A stretch of 64,000 nucleotides of DNA from Octopus vulgaris (GCA_951406725.2 OX597836.1:41230001-41294000); one strand, 5' to 3'; counted from the first letter of the stretch, positions 40,083-55,207 are shown. Notes: generated from the sequence alone by a model not told the origin. A program made the numbers and translations.

Positions 40083-40236
40083 GGCTGTGTGGTAAGTAGC
40101 TTGCTAACCAACCACATGGTTCAGGGTTCAGTCCCACTGCGTGGCATCTTGGGCAAGTGTCTTCTGCTATAGCCCCGGGCCGACCAATGTCTTGTGAGTG
40201 GATTTGGTAGACGGAAACTGAAAGAAGCCTGTCGTA

Positions 40237-40297
<61 letters not shown>

Positions 40298-40516
40298 ATG
40301 TGTATGTTTGTGTGTCTGTGTTTGTACCCCTAGCATTGCTTGACAACCGATGCTGGTGTGTTTATGTCCCCGTTACTTAGCGGTTCGGCAAAAGAGACCG
40401 ATAGAATAAGTACTGGGCTTACAAAGAATAAGTCCTGGGGTCGATTTGCTCGACTAAAGGCGGTGCTCAAGCATGGCCGCAGTCAAACTGACTGAAACAA
40501 GTAAAAGAGTAAAAGA
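40083..40516 (+). mobile_element. Same SINE family
   Basis: Head and tail motifs. Confidence 0.88.
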
Positions 40517-41331
40517 GAGAGAGAGTACCTACATACATACATCGTGGCTGCCCCCACGTTATCAAGTATGGCCATTGCACGAAGCTTAATCAATGTTGTT
40601 ATCGTGCAATGCCTGTGCAAGAAGATTTTTTTTTTAAGTGAGGAAAGGCTGTGCACAGAGTCAATCCCACTCATAAAGCAACAGCAGCCATAATCCGAAA
40701 AGAAGAACAAGTCAACATCATCGGTAACCACTGAGCCGCAGGTTTCATGTCGGAGTTATCCCAGTTACCTGAGTTACCTTCTCCTAGAAGGATGCCCTAA
40801 CAAAGGCTAGGAGTCCTTCACTCCCAATGGTTTAACCGCGCGGTCGGGTATTCAGTCCGATTATTTCTATGTCCCCGCGCATGATACAGCCTTAAGACAT
40901 TTATTGGATGGCCGTTGACTCTCAAGAGTTCCTCCGCCCTTTGACGGGTTTTGTTTTACATCCCGCAGGGTGTCCAATAAACACCCTCCTCACCAAGCAG
41001 AAATACATACAAGCATGAATGCATGAACACAAAATTGTATGCATGTATAATATATGCACACGTACACGCATGCATGCATACATATTTTTATGCATGTTTG
41101 CATACATACATGCGTGAATACTTACATACACATTCATGCTTATAAATATACATTTACATGTACATTCAGACATACACATACGCATACATACACACTTACA
41201 TACATACATACATTCATACATACATACATACATACATACATGCATGCATGCATACATACATACATACATACATACATACATACATACATACATGCATGCA
41301 TACATACATACATACATACATTCATAAATGC

Positions 41332-41362
<31 letters not shown>

Positions 41363-43255
41363 CATACATACATACATACATACATACGTGCTAACATGCA
41401 TAGATATTCAAGCATACATAACATTTATCCAGCCGTCCATACATTACCCTCCTACGTACGTACCAACCTACCAACCGACCTACTAACCTACCTACCTACC
41501 TACCTACCTACCTACCTACCTACCTACCAACCTACCTACCAACCTACCTACCTACCTACCTACCTACCTACTTACCTACCTACCTACCTACCTACCTACA
41601 TACATACATACATACATACATGCATACATACACACATGCATGCGGGCAAACATACACACATCATGCATATATACATACATACACACATATACATGCATGC
41701 ATGCAGGCATACGAACATGTATCTATTCATACATACATGAATACATGCATGCATAAATACATGCATACATACATACATACATACATAGATATGTACACAC
41801 ACACATGCATATATACACATACATACATATATATACATATATGAATACATGCATGCATAAATACATACATGGATGCATACATACATAATACAAACATACA
41901 TGCATACATAAATATATACACATACATACATAAATATATACACATACATACATACATGCATACATGCAAACATACATACATACATACATGCATACATACA
42001 TAATACAAACCTACATACATACATACATACATAGATATGTACATACACACATGCATATATACACATACATAAATATATACACATACATACATACATGTAT
42101 ACATGCAAACATACATACATACATACATGCATACATACATAATACAAACCTACATACATACATACATACATACATAAATATATACACATACATACATAAA
42201 TATATACACATACATACATCATACATGCAAACATACATACATACATACATGCATACACACATGCATGCATACATACATACATACATACATACATACATAC
42301 ATACATGCATGCATACATACATACATACATACATACATGCACATACATACATACATACATACATGCATACATACATACATACATACATACATACATACAT
42401 ACATACATACATGCATACATACATACATACATACATACATACATACATACATACATACATACATACATACACATGCACACACGCACATATATTGAGCTAA
42501 TTTCTCTAACCGCCATCGAATATCGTGTGTGAACAGTTAATGAGTTTACTTGACGGCCATGTTGAACCGGGGAAAGTTTAAGGGAGACGAGAGACGAAAA
42601 GAGACAATCGAGTGTAACAGAGAAAGAGAGTGAGAGAAGGGGGATAAAGGGGGGGGAAGAAAAAATAGGGAGGAGAAAGAGATACGGAGAGAAAGGAAGA
42701 GTGAGAGAGAGAGAGCGAGAGAGAGAGAGAGAGAGAGGAAGGGAGTGCGAGCAGTCGGGTACATCAATTTCTGGGGGGTGGGTTACCACTCCACATTCCC
42801 CGACCGGCATAACACACAATTTTAAAAGCCTTCGGGTGTCAGTAAGGGTTAGAGACACTCGCCGGGTGTCGTATTGTCAGCCGGTGTGTGACGTATTCAA
42901 GTGACGTCATCTGATTTTTTCGCATTCAGACCCACTGACACATTTTTGAATTCTGCTAGGCTTGACCTTGAGTTCTGCGCGCGCATAAGGCACAGTTTCC
43001 ATTTTTTAAAAAATTTTCGTGTGTGCGTGCACGCGCGCGTGTATGTATGTGCGCCCGTGTGTGTGTGTGTCTGTACAAGTGTTTGTGCAACGGTTAGCGC
43101 GCGTGTGTGTATGTGTATACCCGTATATGTGTGTGTATGTGTTTTTATTCTGTGTACTAGAATGTGTGTGTCTAATGTATGGACGTGTAAATGCATGTGT
43201 GTTTATATATATGTGTGTCTGGATATATATAATATATACATGTATGTATATATGC

Positions 43256-43321
<66 letters not shown>

Positions 43322-43332
43322 ATATATGCATG

Positions 43333-43369
<37 letters not shown>

Positions 43370-43486
43370 ATATCTTTATGTATAAACATGCATTTATATG
43401 TATGTATATACATTTATATCAATATATATATATATATATGAATGTATATGTATGTATATGCATAAGCATGTGTATGTGAGTTTGTC

Positions 43487-43669
<183 letters not shown>

Positions 43670-43974
43670 TATGTGTGTGTGTTCTGTAAAATAATAAATG
43701 ATCACCTTTTGGTGAATCTACAGAAATTAATGTGTGTGTTTGTGTGTGTGTGTGCTTGTCCACGTGTGTGCGAGTGTGCGTGCATGTGCATACACACACA
43801 CATATAAATGCATATTTATACATAAACACATACGTATACATACGGATATACATGCAAACGTAAACACATACATGGATGAATGCATAGACATCCACAAAAT
43901 ACACACACATAACGGAGAAACCAACCTCATAAGCTAACTGAATTGTGCGTTCTGTTTCTCTCCACCCTGGGGCA

Positions 43975-44465
43975 TGATGCTATGTGGTGGTGGTGGTGGT
44001 GGTGGCGGCGATGATGGTGATGTTTGTGGCGGTGGTGGTGGCGGCGGCGGTGGTGATGATGATGATGATGATGATGGTGGTACTGATGTTCCTGACAGTG
44101 GTGGTGGTGGTGGTGGTTGTGGAGGTGGTGGTTGTGGTGGTGGTGGTTGTGGTGGTTGTTGTGGAGGTGGTGGTTGTGGTGGTTGTGGTTGTGGTGGTGG
44201 CGGTGGTGGTGTTGGTGGTGGTAGTGGTGGTGGTGGTGGTGGTGGTGGCGGTGATGGAGGTGGTTTTGGTTGTGTCGGTGGTCGTTGTGGTGCTAGTGGC
44301 GGAGTTGGTGGGCGTGGCGGACACCGTTCGACATACAGTTGTTGGTGATGATGATGGCGGTGGAGGCGGTGACGGCAGTGGTAGCGGCGGCGGCGGCAGT
44401 GATGCTGTCGTTGACGGTAGTAGCATCAGCAGTAGCATCAGCAGTAGTAGTAGTAGAAATTAGTC

Positions 44466-44519
<54 letters not shown>

Positions 44520-44520
44520 A

Positions 44521-44584
<64 letters not shown>

Positions 44585-44585
44585 T

Positions 44586-44629
<44 letters not shown>

Positions 44630-44660
44630 ATGGTGGTATTGTCGGCGGTGGCGGTGGTGG
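43975..44660. repeat. (GGT)n then (AGT)n; other trinucleotide tracts at 19300-19620, 23320-23500 and 46025-46500
   Basis: Direct reading. Confidence 0.95.
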
Positions 44661-44992
44661 TATGTTTTATTAAACGGGTACCGTACCTGTGTGGTGGTGG
44701 CGTTAGCGTTTTGGGACCCGTGCGCTGGTGTCAGGTTAGCAAATTTCAGGCTGAAACGGCCTCCAGAGCTGAATAAATCTTCGCCTTGTCTCCCAGTCCC
44801 TGGGTCACAGTGGTCCTGTTGTCAACTATCACCTTGTCCCAAGCTGATGGCATTTGTTTGGGGGGTGGGGGGTGAGGCGGGTAGGGATGGGGTGGGGGAC
44901 ACAACACCCAATGCACATACATGGATACACGTATACACACCATACACGCACATACACGGGTGTGCATGTACACACACTTGTGGCAGCACAAC

Positions 44993-45041
<49 letters not shown>

Positions 45042-45331
45042 GGTACGTATTTATGTTTGTATGCATGTTTGCATGTATGTATGTGTGTGTATATGTGCAT
45101 GCATTTATGTGTGTGTGTATGTTAGTGTGTGTATGTTAGTGTGTGTGTGTCTATGTATGTATATATGTATGTACGCGTTAATATGTATGTATGTATGTAT
45201 GTATTGCGTAAGCGTATGTGTGTGCATGTATATATATATATGTGCGTGTGTCTATGTATGCATGTGCATGCATGTATGTATGTATGTATGTATGTATGTA
45301 TGTATCCATCCATCCATCCATCCATCCATCC

Positions 45332-45626
<295 letters not shown>

Positions 45627-45702
45627 ACAGAAACATGCAAACGTTCATACATATACACAAACATACATACGTACATACAGACAGACAGACAGACAGACAG
45701 AC

Positions 45703-45738
<36 letters not shown>

Positions 45739-45739
45739 T

Positions 45740-45789
<50 letters not shown>

Positions 45790-45800
45790 CAGACAGACAA

Positions 45801-45853
<53 letters not shown>

Positions 45854-46954
45854 CAAATGTACAGGCGCATAAATATACACATAGCAAAAGAGAGAAAAAG
45901 AGAGAGAGTGTGAGGGAGAGAGTAAAGTGAAATAGACGTTTGTGAATAGTTTTCTATGTGTGTGTGTGTGTACGTGTGTGTGATAGTCGTACAGGTAATA
46001 GTCGAATAGAGGTACGATGGTAGTATCATCACCACCATCATCACCATCACCACACCATTACTAGCACAGTAGAAGCAATAGCAGCAGCAGCAGCAACGTC
46101 AGGTACCACCACCACCACCACCACCACCACCACCACCACCACTACCATCACCACCACCACCACCACCACTACCACTGCCACCACTGCCATAACTGACACC
46201 ACCAGCACCAGCACCACCACCACCACCACCACTACCACCACCACCACCACTACCACTGCCACCACTGCCATAACTGACACCACCAGCACCACCAGCACCG
46301 CCACCGCCGCCGCCGCCACGACTACCATCACCACCACCACCACCACTACCATCACCACCACTACCATCACCACCACCACCACCACCACCACCACCACCAC
46401 CACCGCCGCCACTGTCACCACCGCCATAACTGACACGACCACCACCATCACCGCCGCCGCCGCAACCACTAAAAAACAACAACAACAACAACAACAATGG
46501 TGCCGTCGCTATAAATAATTGATTTGCGAACCCTCCACACCCGTAAAACTGCGTACCCCGATCACCACCCCTTGACACTATATCACCCCCACCACAAACA
46601 AACACACATACACTAACACACACTCACACACATACACTCAGCACCTCTCACCTCTCGCCCCCTCACACACTCCATCACCAAAACACGTGATCCAAATTCT
46701 TCAAATAACAACGGCTTCATGTTATCGTAACCGGGGTCAGAGCAACCTTTAAGACGATGATTCCGGCTTAGTTAACGATTCCATCAATTTTTTTTTTACT
46801 CGATAGAAAAGATCGATCGATTGATACTTATGATAAGTCAATCTCTTTTATTGACAGGCCGTTCATATTCTCATATATACTCATGTATGCACATTTGCAT
46901 ATATGTATACATATATATATGCACACACATATATATATATGCATATATATATAC

Positions 46955-47086
<132 letters not shown>

Positions 47087-47184
47087 CGGGAAGCTTTATG
47101 AAAATAGACAAAAGACGAAGGCAGGTGGAAAACAAACGAACAATTGTATTAGTATGGCGCTCAGGAAATATAAATAAAACAAGT

Positions 47185-47220
47185 CCTTAACGTTTCGAGC
47201 CTACGCTCTTCAACAGAAAG
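47185..47220 (-). ncRNA. Minimal hammerhead-like motif (A6U) in TA-embedded element 47086-47225
   Basis: Minus strand cttt-CTGTTGA-a-gagc gtag gctc-GAAA-cg-TT-aagg. Confidence 0.55.
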
Positions 47221-47369
47221 ATACACACATATATATATATATATATATGTACATATATTTAAATATATATATATGTATATATATGTATATATAAATATAT
47301 ATATATATAAATATATATATTATATATATATATAAATATATATATTATATATATATATAAATATATATA

Positions 47370-47460
<91 letters not shown>

Positions 47461-47553
47461 TAGGGAGAGTTTACGAAAAAAACAAAAGACGAAGACAGGT
47501 GGTGTACAAAACAAACAGATGTATTAGTATAACGCTCAGGAACAGAAAAAAGT

Positions 47554-47589
47554 ATTTTACGCTTCGAGCCTACGCTCTTCTTCAGAAAG
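47554..47589 (-). ncRNA. Minimal hammerhead-like motif in element 47462-47640 (relatives at 8545-8668, 32603-32690, 49060-49262)
   Basis: Minus strand cttt-CTGAAGA-a-gagc gtag gctc-GAAG-cg-TA-aaat; GAAA mutated to GAAG. Confidence 0.5.
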
Positions 47590-47867
47590 GTACACAAAAA
47601 AACAAGGAGAGAAAAAATGTGTGTAGTGGCTAACGATCTATCATAGGTGCAGGAGTGGCTGTGTGGAACCACATGGTTCCGGATTCAGTCCCACTGCGTG
47701 ACATTTTGGGCAATAGCCTCTACTATAGCCTCGGGCCGACCCAAAGCCTTGCGAGTGGATTTGGTAGACGGAAACTGAAAAGAAGCCCGTCGTATATATG
47801 TATATTTGTATATAAATATATATGTATATATATATATAAATATATATATTATATATATATATAAATA

Positions 47868-47925
<58 letters not shown>

Positions 47926-47956
47926 TCATATATACATGCATATATATATATATATA

Positions 47957-48433
47957 TATTAGTGAATTGAAGAAATGGAGTTGAACGAAGATTGAACAGA
48001 AATCGTTTTATTGCATTCTACACGTGTTTCGAAAAGGCACAATTACCAAATTCCGATTGAATAAGGAGATCATATTGTCTTTCTCTTCAGGAAGAAATAG
48101 GAAATCCGTTGGGTTTTTTCCAACGGATTTCCTATTTCTTCCTGAAGAGAAAGACACAATATGATCTCCTTATTCAATCGGAATTTGGTTAATTGTGCCT
48201 TTCGAAACACGTGTAGAATGCAATAAAACGATTTCTGTTCAATCTTCGTTCAACTCCATTTCTTCAATTCACTAATAATATTAAAATTCAATTATCCGCA
48301 CCAACGCACGGTTGCAACACCATATGGTTGTACCTCCAACCGTGCTGCCTTCTGCTGTGATTTTTGCTACCAAGGTATCGGTTAAACTTTTGATTAATCT
48401 GCAACAAGATTATTCATTTTTCTATTTCACAAA
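47957..48433 (+). mobile_element. Penelope pLTR-like element with ~155 bp 5' inverted duplication
   Basis: 47957-48112 is the near-perfect reverse complement of 48120-48277; (TA)n on both flanks. Confidence 0.72.
48139..48218 (+). ncRNA. Type I hammerhead, extended stem II; inverted copy at 48016-48093
   Basis: ttc-CTGAAGA-gaaag acacaat...attgtg cctttc-GAAA-c-acgt-g-TA-gaa. Confidence 0.82.
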
Positions 48434-48651
48434 ATATATATATATATATATATATTTCTTTATGCCCACAAGGGGCTAAACATAGAGGGGAGAAACAAGG
48501 ACAAACAAAGGGATTAAGTCGATTACATCGACCCCAGTACGCAACTGGTATTCATTTAATCAACCCCGAAAACATGAAAGGCAAAGTCGACCTCGGCGGA
48601 ATTTGAACTCAGAACATAAAGACAGACGAAATATAAGCATATGTGCTAACG

Positions 48652-48813
<162 letters not shown>

Positions 48814-49008
48814 GTACAAAGATATTTATATACGGACGCTCGGACGCACATACATATGCACAGATGCGCTTGCGCATGAAGGGTTACCTAATTCCTTTGG
48901 AAGGAATTGGTCGACCTAAAGTTATTGTAGTAGACGTTTGCCCAAGAACCTGTGCAGAGGACTGAACCTGTTACCAGTTGGATAGCAAAACGTGCTTCTT
49001 AACTGTGT

Positions 49009-49055
<47 letters not shown>

Positions 49056-49360
49056 TGGTTAAGAATGTACAAAATTAAGACAGAAGACAAAGGATAGGTT
49101 CAGGAACAACAAAGAAGCTGTATTAGTTTGACGTCCAAGAAAAATGGAAGTCGTCGACGTTTCGAGCCTCGGCTCTTCTACAAAAAGGATTGAAGAGAAA
49201 AGACGGACGGAGGAAGGAACGGAAAATGAGCGAGGAAAAAAAACTTGACTTGATTAACGGTTTCACAAATTGAATTGAACAGAAGAAAATAATATGTGTG
49301 TATGTGTGTGCGTGTGAGTAAACAATAACAAAAAAAAAACATGTGTGTATGTATGTATCA

Positions 49361-49758
49361 GTAGCAGTATCGCCCGGCGTTGCTCGGGTTTGTAAGGGAA
49401 ATAACTATAAAGCAATTTTAGAGAGTTATAGCCAAAAAATAGCAAAAAAATTCATTAAAAATTGAAAAAATATGATGGTAAATATTTTTTTAAATCGTTG
49501 ACTCATCGTAGACATTTTTAGAGAGTTACTTCCCTTATATCAAAAAAAATATGCATTAAAATGGAAAAAAATGATGGTAAATTATTTTTTAAATCGTAGA
49601 CTCATCGTAGACGCGCGCTAATACCCAGAAGGGCTCGATATGAATCACGACTATAAGATACCCGGTTTTGGTTAAACTGCACCGCAAAATGTGGGAGTAG
49701 TTAGGAATCTAAATCGGAGTAGACAAACAGCACACAACCTTACTTTTATATATAAAGA
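49361..49758 (-). mobile_element. Non-autonomous Helitron, same 3' end as 33077 copy, different 5' part
   Basis: Shared tagcagtatcgcccggcgttgctc.. block; other end tatataaaga|t. Confidence 0.7.
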
Positions 49759-50286
49759 TTAACCACGCGATCGGGTATTCAGTCCGATTATTTCTATGTC
49801 CCCGCGCATGATACAGTCTTAAGACATTTATTGGATGGCCGTTGACTCTCAAGAGTTCCTCCTTTGTTAGGGTATCCTTCTAGGAGAAGGTAACTCAGGT
49901 AACTGGGATAACTCCGACATAAAACCTACGGCTCAGTGGTTACCGATGATGTTGACCTGTTATTTTCGGATTATGGCTGCTGTTGCTTAGTGAGTGGGAT
50001 TGACTCAGTGCACAGCCTTTCCTCACTTTAAAAAAAATCTTCTTGCACAGGAATTGCACGATAACAACATTGATTAAGCTTCGTGAAAATGGCCATACTC
50101 GATAACGAGGGGGCAGCCACCATGTATCATTAACCACATATGCATAACGAATATGCTTCGTGTATTTGCCGGTTGGCTGCATTCAGCGCGGGTGTTAAAA
50201 CCTTCAAACCCATTTAATTACCTCCCTTGTCTATGACTGAGTTGTTTTAACATCATGCATGTAATTACAGGGTGAGTGAGAAAGAG

Positions 50287-50317
<31 letters not shown>

Positions 50318-50984
50318 AAGAGAGGGAGAGAGAGCGTGAGAGAGTTGTAGAAAAGTAGATATATACAAGTAGGCTTAATGCGTATATTTACACTCTCCAT
50401 TCGTCTTCCGAGAGGGTCATGTGGCTTGGCTTAACGAATTCATTGACATTTTGAGTCATCATACACTCTTACGACATCATGCGCTTCTATTACGCGTGAT
50501 GATCTTGTATTGTAGTTTGTTTTGTTTTTTCCCATTTTCTTAAAAGGTATTATCTGAAATGTCTGCATTTATTGAAAATCTCAAATCTAACGTTTAGTCC
50601 TCTCGTTGTTTGAGATTTCTTAGGATAAAACACTTCTCCGAATTACATGGACTGCAGTTTTCTTCTCGTTTATCCGCGATATGTATAACTCAAACAATTT
50701 CTACTGAAAGCTGAATTTTACTTCATATTCTTTCCACTTCCAAATAAAGTTGGAAAGTTTAGTTGCTTCTTATCTATAATTTTGAAGAAAAAAGTGCGTT
50801 TGAAATAGCATTTTCTAAATTTAGCTTTTGCTAATCTAGCATAATAATTACTGAACTTAGGATTTCTTTTATTTTCATGAATACGTGACCCTGGAGGTTT
50901 TGAAGTATTAATGCACTTAGTAGCGTTATTATTTAAAAAATAAACATAAATAACGAAGAAGGAAATATAAAAAATCGTTAATTA

Positions 50985-51019
<35 letters not shown>

Positions 51020-51021
51020 CG

Positions 51022-51054
<33 letters not shown>

Positions 51055-51239
51055 ACCAAAGGCTCTACGCCACCAAATATATATACCCGTACCGACTGCT
51101 TCACTGTCTTTACGGGTAGTTGCAATGAAGTTACACTACCACTGATGAAACCAAACAACATAGAAATCTATCAGTATATATCTACCATAGTTGACAGAAC
51201 AGAAACAAAGAAAACAATCAATATTACGTCTTGATCACA

Positions 51240-51607
51240 TAATCAGTGACTTTGTGGCCACCCTGTACTTTGATCTCACATTTCTTCTCCCTTTTTCCGA
51301 GGTAGAGATGATAGTGAAATCTTAATACCGAGTATGGCTTTAAATTGCACGTTCAGCAGTTCCAGGATTTTTTACGAATGTGGGACCACCTCTTAGATAC
51401 TATTGATCCCAGTTCTATTCTGGCCCGTAGTAATAGCACCTGTCAGAGCCTTGTCTTGTCTGTAACGGCATTCACCCGTTACGTTCTGAAAATGATGGAA
51501 ATGATGTTGAAAATGTTATTTATTAACATTATGATTTAAATAAAATTGTTTTGTTTTAAAAGTATGTGTTAATCCCCATGCACCCAGACTTTGTGGACAC
51601 CCTGTAC
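51240..51607 (+). mobile_element. Tc1/mariner remnants with two right-hand TIR ends
   Basis: gactttgtgg(c/a)caccctgta ends at ~51267 and ~51607. Confidence 0.5.
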
Positions 51608-52244
51608 AATTTGCCGACGGATTGTGATTCGTTTGCTCAGGCAAAACAGTTTGTCCACTGGCTGGCGATTCGTGCCATTTGTCGCATTCGATGGTCTCCC
51701 CGCCCACTGCTTAGTATGCCTCCCTCCCATCGTTGGTTTTTCCCTTCTTTAACCCTTTAATATTCAGATTATCCTGTCAAACTTAATACTTATTTATTCA
51801 AATTTGTTTGAATTAATCATGCCTTATCTCGTAGTTTCAAGATCTCAGTGACGTCTACTTTTTATTACTCTTTTACTTGTTTCAGTCATTTGACTGTGGC
51901 CATGCTGGAGCACCCCCTTTAGTCGAGCAAATTGAACCCCTGGACTTATACTTTGTAAGCATAGTACTTATTTCAGTTTCAGTCTACCAAATCCATTCAC
52001 TAGGCTTTGGTCGGCCCGAGGCTATAGTAGAAGACACTTGCCCAAGGTGCCACGCAGTGGGACTGAACCCGGAACCATGTGGTTGGTAAACAAGCTAGTC
52101 CTACGCCAATGTAATTACATATTTTTAGAAAAATATTAGATGGCAATTGTGAGAGACCCAACATGGCCAGTTTGATCATAAAACGTAGAATATTCGGATC
52201 AGTGAGTTTAAATCTTAAAGGATTAAGCTTCTTTGCCTATCTTC

Positions 52245-52316
52245 TTTACCTTTGTCTAGTCGTTAGGATTCCTGGCTTTCACCCTGGCGGCCCGGGTTCG
52301 ATTCCCGGCACGGGAA
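52245..52316 (+). pseudogene. tRNA-Glu(TTC)-derived sequence with damaged 5' acceptor strand
   Basis: gtctagtcgttaggattcctggctTTCaccctggcggcccgggttcgattcccggcacgggaa. Confidence 0.82.
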
Positions 52317-52619
52317 CTTGTTTTCAGCGGTGGTGCCCCAGCATGGCCGCGGCCTTCGGGCTAAAACATTTTTAAGGATTTAAGGATTTATATCTGTATG
52401 TATTACCCTTGACAATGGTGTCATTTCCGTAATTAAACTGCAACCCTGCTTCGTCAAGAACTCAATACTGGTTCACTGCTTCTGGTTGAGACCCATTATT
52501 TGTCTGCAACAAAGAAGAACTGGTCGTTAAGGAAACTTGCTTTGCACCCACGTGGATTCAGGTTCAGTCCGGCTGCGCTGCACCTTGGGCAAGAATTTTC
52601 TCCTACAGCTTCATACGTC

Positions 52620-53510
52620 TGCCGCTACGTTCTGAGTTCAAATTCCGCCGGGGTCGACTTTGCCTTTCATCCTTTCGGGGGTCGATTAAATAAGTACCAG
52701 TTATGCACTGGGGTCGATATAATCGACTTAATCCGTTTGTCTGTCCTTGTTTGTCCTCTCTGTGTTTAGCTCTTTGTGGGTAGTAAAGAAATAGGTATTT
52801 CGTCTGTCTTTACGTTCTGAGTTCAAATTCCGCCGAGGTCGACTTTGCTTTTCATCCTTTCGGGGGTCGATTAAATAAGTACCAGTTATGCACTGGGGTC
52901 GATATAATCGACTTAATCCGTTTGTCTGTCCTTGTTTGTCCTCTCTGTGTTTAGCCCTTTGTGGGTAGTAAAGAAATAGTATTTCGTCTGTCTTTACGTT
53001 CTGAGTTCAAATTCCGCCGAGGTCGACTTTGCTTTTCATCCTTTCGGGGTCGATTAAATAAGTACCAGTTATGCACTGGGTCGATATAATCGACTTAATC
53101 CGTTTGTCTGTCCTTGTTTGTCCTCTCTGTGTTTAGCCCCTTGTGGGTAGTAAAGAAATAGGTATTTCGTCTGTCTTTACGTTCTGAGTTCAAATTCCGC
53201 CGAGGTCGACTTTGCTTTTCATCCTTTCGGGGGTCGATTAAATAAGTACCAGTTATGCACTGGGGTCGATATAATCGACTTAATCCGTTTGTCTGTCCTT
53301 GTTTGTCCTCTCTGTGTTTAGCCCCTTGTGGGTAGTAAAGACATAGGTATTTCGTCAGCCGTTACGTCCTGAGTTCAAATTCCGCCGAGGTCGACTTTGC
53401 CTTTCGTCTTTTCGAAGTCGATAAATTAAATGCCAGTTGCGAACTGGGGTCGATCTAATCGACTGGAACCCTCCCTCAAAATTTCGGGCCTTGTGCCCCA
53501 GAGTAGAATA
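52620..53510 (+). repeat. Tandem array of ~184 bp units from a Nin/Deu-domain-like SINE
   Basis: tacgttctgagttcaaattcc at 52626, 52811, 52995, 53178 and 53363. Confidence 0.9.
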
Positions 53511-53879
53511 GGCAGCGAGCTGGCAGAATCGTTGACACGCCGGACAAAATGCTTCCCTGTATTACGTTCGTGTTTCCTTTCTGAGTTCAAAATCTGCCGA
53601 GGTCGACTTTACTTTTCATCTTTGCAAGGTCAGTCAACTGGTACTTGTTTTATCGAACCCAAAAGCATGAAAGGCAAAGTCGACCGCGCCGGGATTTGAA
53701 CTCAGACGGACGAAAAGCCGCTGAACATTTTTACTGGCGTGCTAACGATTCTAAGCACCAGCTGAATACAGGAGACGATGCAATTGATTAAATCCCTTTC
53801 ACGAAATTGCTGGCCTTGAGCCAAAATGTGAAACCAACATAAAAGTTAAGCTTAAGGAGGCGAACTGGCAGAATTGTTA

Positions 53880-54289
53880 GCAGGAGTGGCTGTGTGGTAA
53901 GTAGCTTGCTTACCAACCACATGGTTCCGGGTTCAGTCCCACTGCGTGGCACCTTGGGCAGATGTCTTCTGCTATAGCCCCGGGCCGACCAAAGCCTTGT
54001 GAGTGGATTTGGTAGACGGAAACTGAAAGAAGCCTGTCGTATATATGTATATATGTGTATGTATGTATGTGTATATATGTTTGTGTGTCTGTGTTTGTCC
54101 CCCTAGCATTGCTTGACAACCGATGCTGGTGTGGTTACGTACCCGTCAATTAGCGATTCGGCAAAAGAAACCGATAGAATAAGTACTGGGCTTACAAAGA
54201 ATAAGTCCTGGGGTCGATTTTCTCGACTAAAAGCGGTGCTCCAGCATGGCCGCAGTCAAATGACTGAAACAAGTAAAAGAGTAAAGAGT
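53880..54289 (+). mobile_element. Same SINE family
   Basis: Head and tail motifs. Confidence 0.88.
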
Positions 54290-54332
54290 ATGCCGGGCAA
54301 AAAGCTTGGCGGAATTTCGTCCTTCTTTACAT

Positions 54333-54718
54333 TCTGAGTTCAAATTCCGATCTAAGTTCAAATTCTGATCTAAGCTCAAATTCCGACCTAAGTTCGATTT
54401 AAGTTCAAATTCCGCCGATATCGTCTTTACGTTCTGGGTTCAATTTGCGATCTGAGTTCAAATTCCGATCTAAGCTCAAATTCCGACTTAAGTTCGATTT
54501 AAGTTCAAATTCCGCCGATATCGTCTTTACGTTCTGAGTTCAATTTGCGATCTGAGTTCAAATTCCGATCTAAGCTCAAATCCCGATCTAAGCTCAAATT
54601 CCGACTTAAGTTCGATTTAAGTTCAAATTCCGCCGATATCGTCTTTACGTTCTGAGTTCAATTTGCGATCTCAGTTCAAATTCCAATCTAAGCTCAAATC
54701 CCGATCTAAGTTCAAATT
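54333..54718 (+). repeat. Minisatellite from a SINE B-box with 100-118 bp higher-order repeat
   Basis: ~17 bp units like tctaagttcaaattccga; gatatcgtctttacg at 54417, 54517 and 54635. Confidence 0.85.
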
Positions 54719-54985
54719 TCATCATCATCATTGTTCGATCGTGGTTGAGACAATGCTACGCCATACTTCACGGTCCATCATGGCATTACGGAGGTCCTGT
54801 TGCTGGATGCCTGTATCCCTGGAGATTACATCAGGGTAGGAGAGTGTGCGCCCTCTGGTATCGCGAGCTGATGGCTTCCAGAGGAGAAGAGTAAGAATTA
54901 CCTCGTTTTCAGCTCTACAACAATGTCCAGCAAACTGGACTCTTCAACCTTTCACAAGAGATGACACAGGTGGTAATTTCCCATG
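54719..54985 (-). mobile_element. 5'-truncated RTE-type LINE 3' end
   Basis: Minus strand FAGHCCR..LLLWKP..DVISRDTG..AMMDREVWR, then (TGA)n tail. Confidence 0.75.
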
Positions 54986-55207
54986 CTTTGGGGGGTCGAT
55001 AAAGCAAGTACCAATTGATCACCGAGATCAATGTAACTAACTAAACACGTCCCCAAATTCCTAGCCTTGCTTGTATGTGTGTACCTCGGTGTATGTGCGC
55101 GTGGGTATTTGACATTTGTCATGGGAATTAACTCTTACAGAATTATCTCATTAGTAGTCTCCCTTGCTTAGCTATTTACAATTTGCTTTTGCAATTCCCT
55201 GATAATC

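Noticed and set aside
52245-52316. Functional tRNA-Glu gene
   Set aside because: The 5' acceptor strand does not pair and it is fused to a retro-tail.
52620-53510. CRISPR-like regular array
   Set aside because: Whole units repeat with no unique spacers; eukaryotic SINE-derived.
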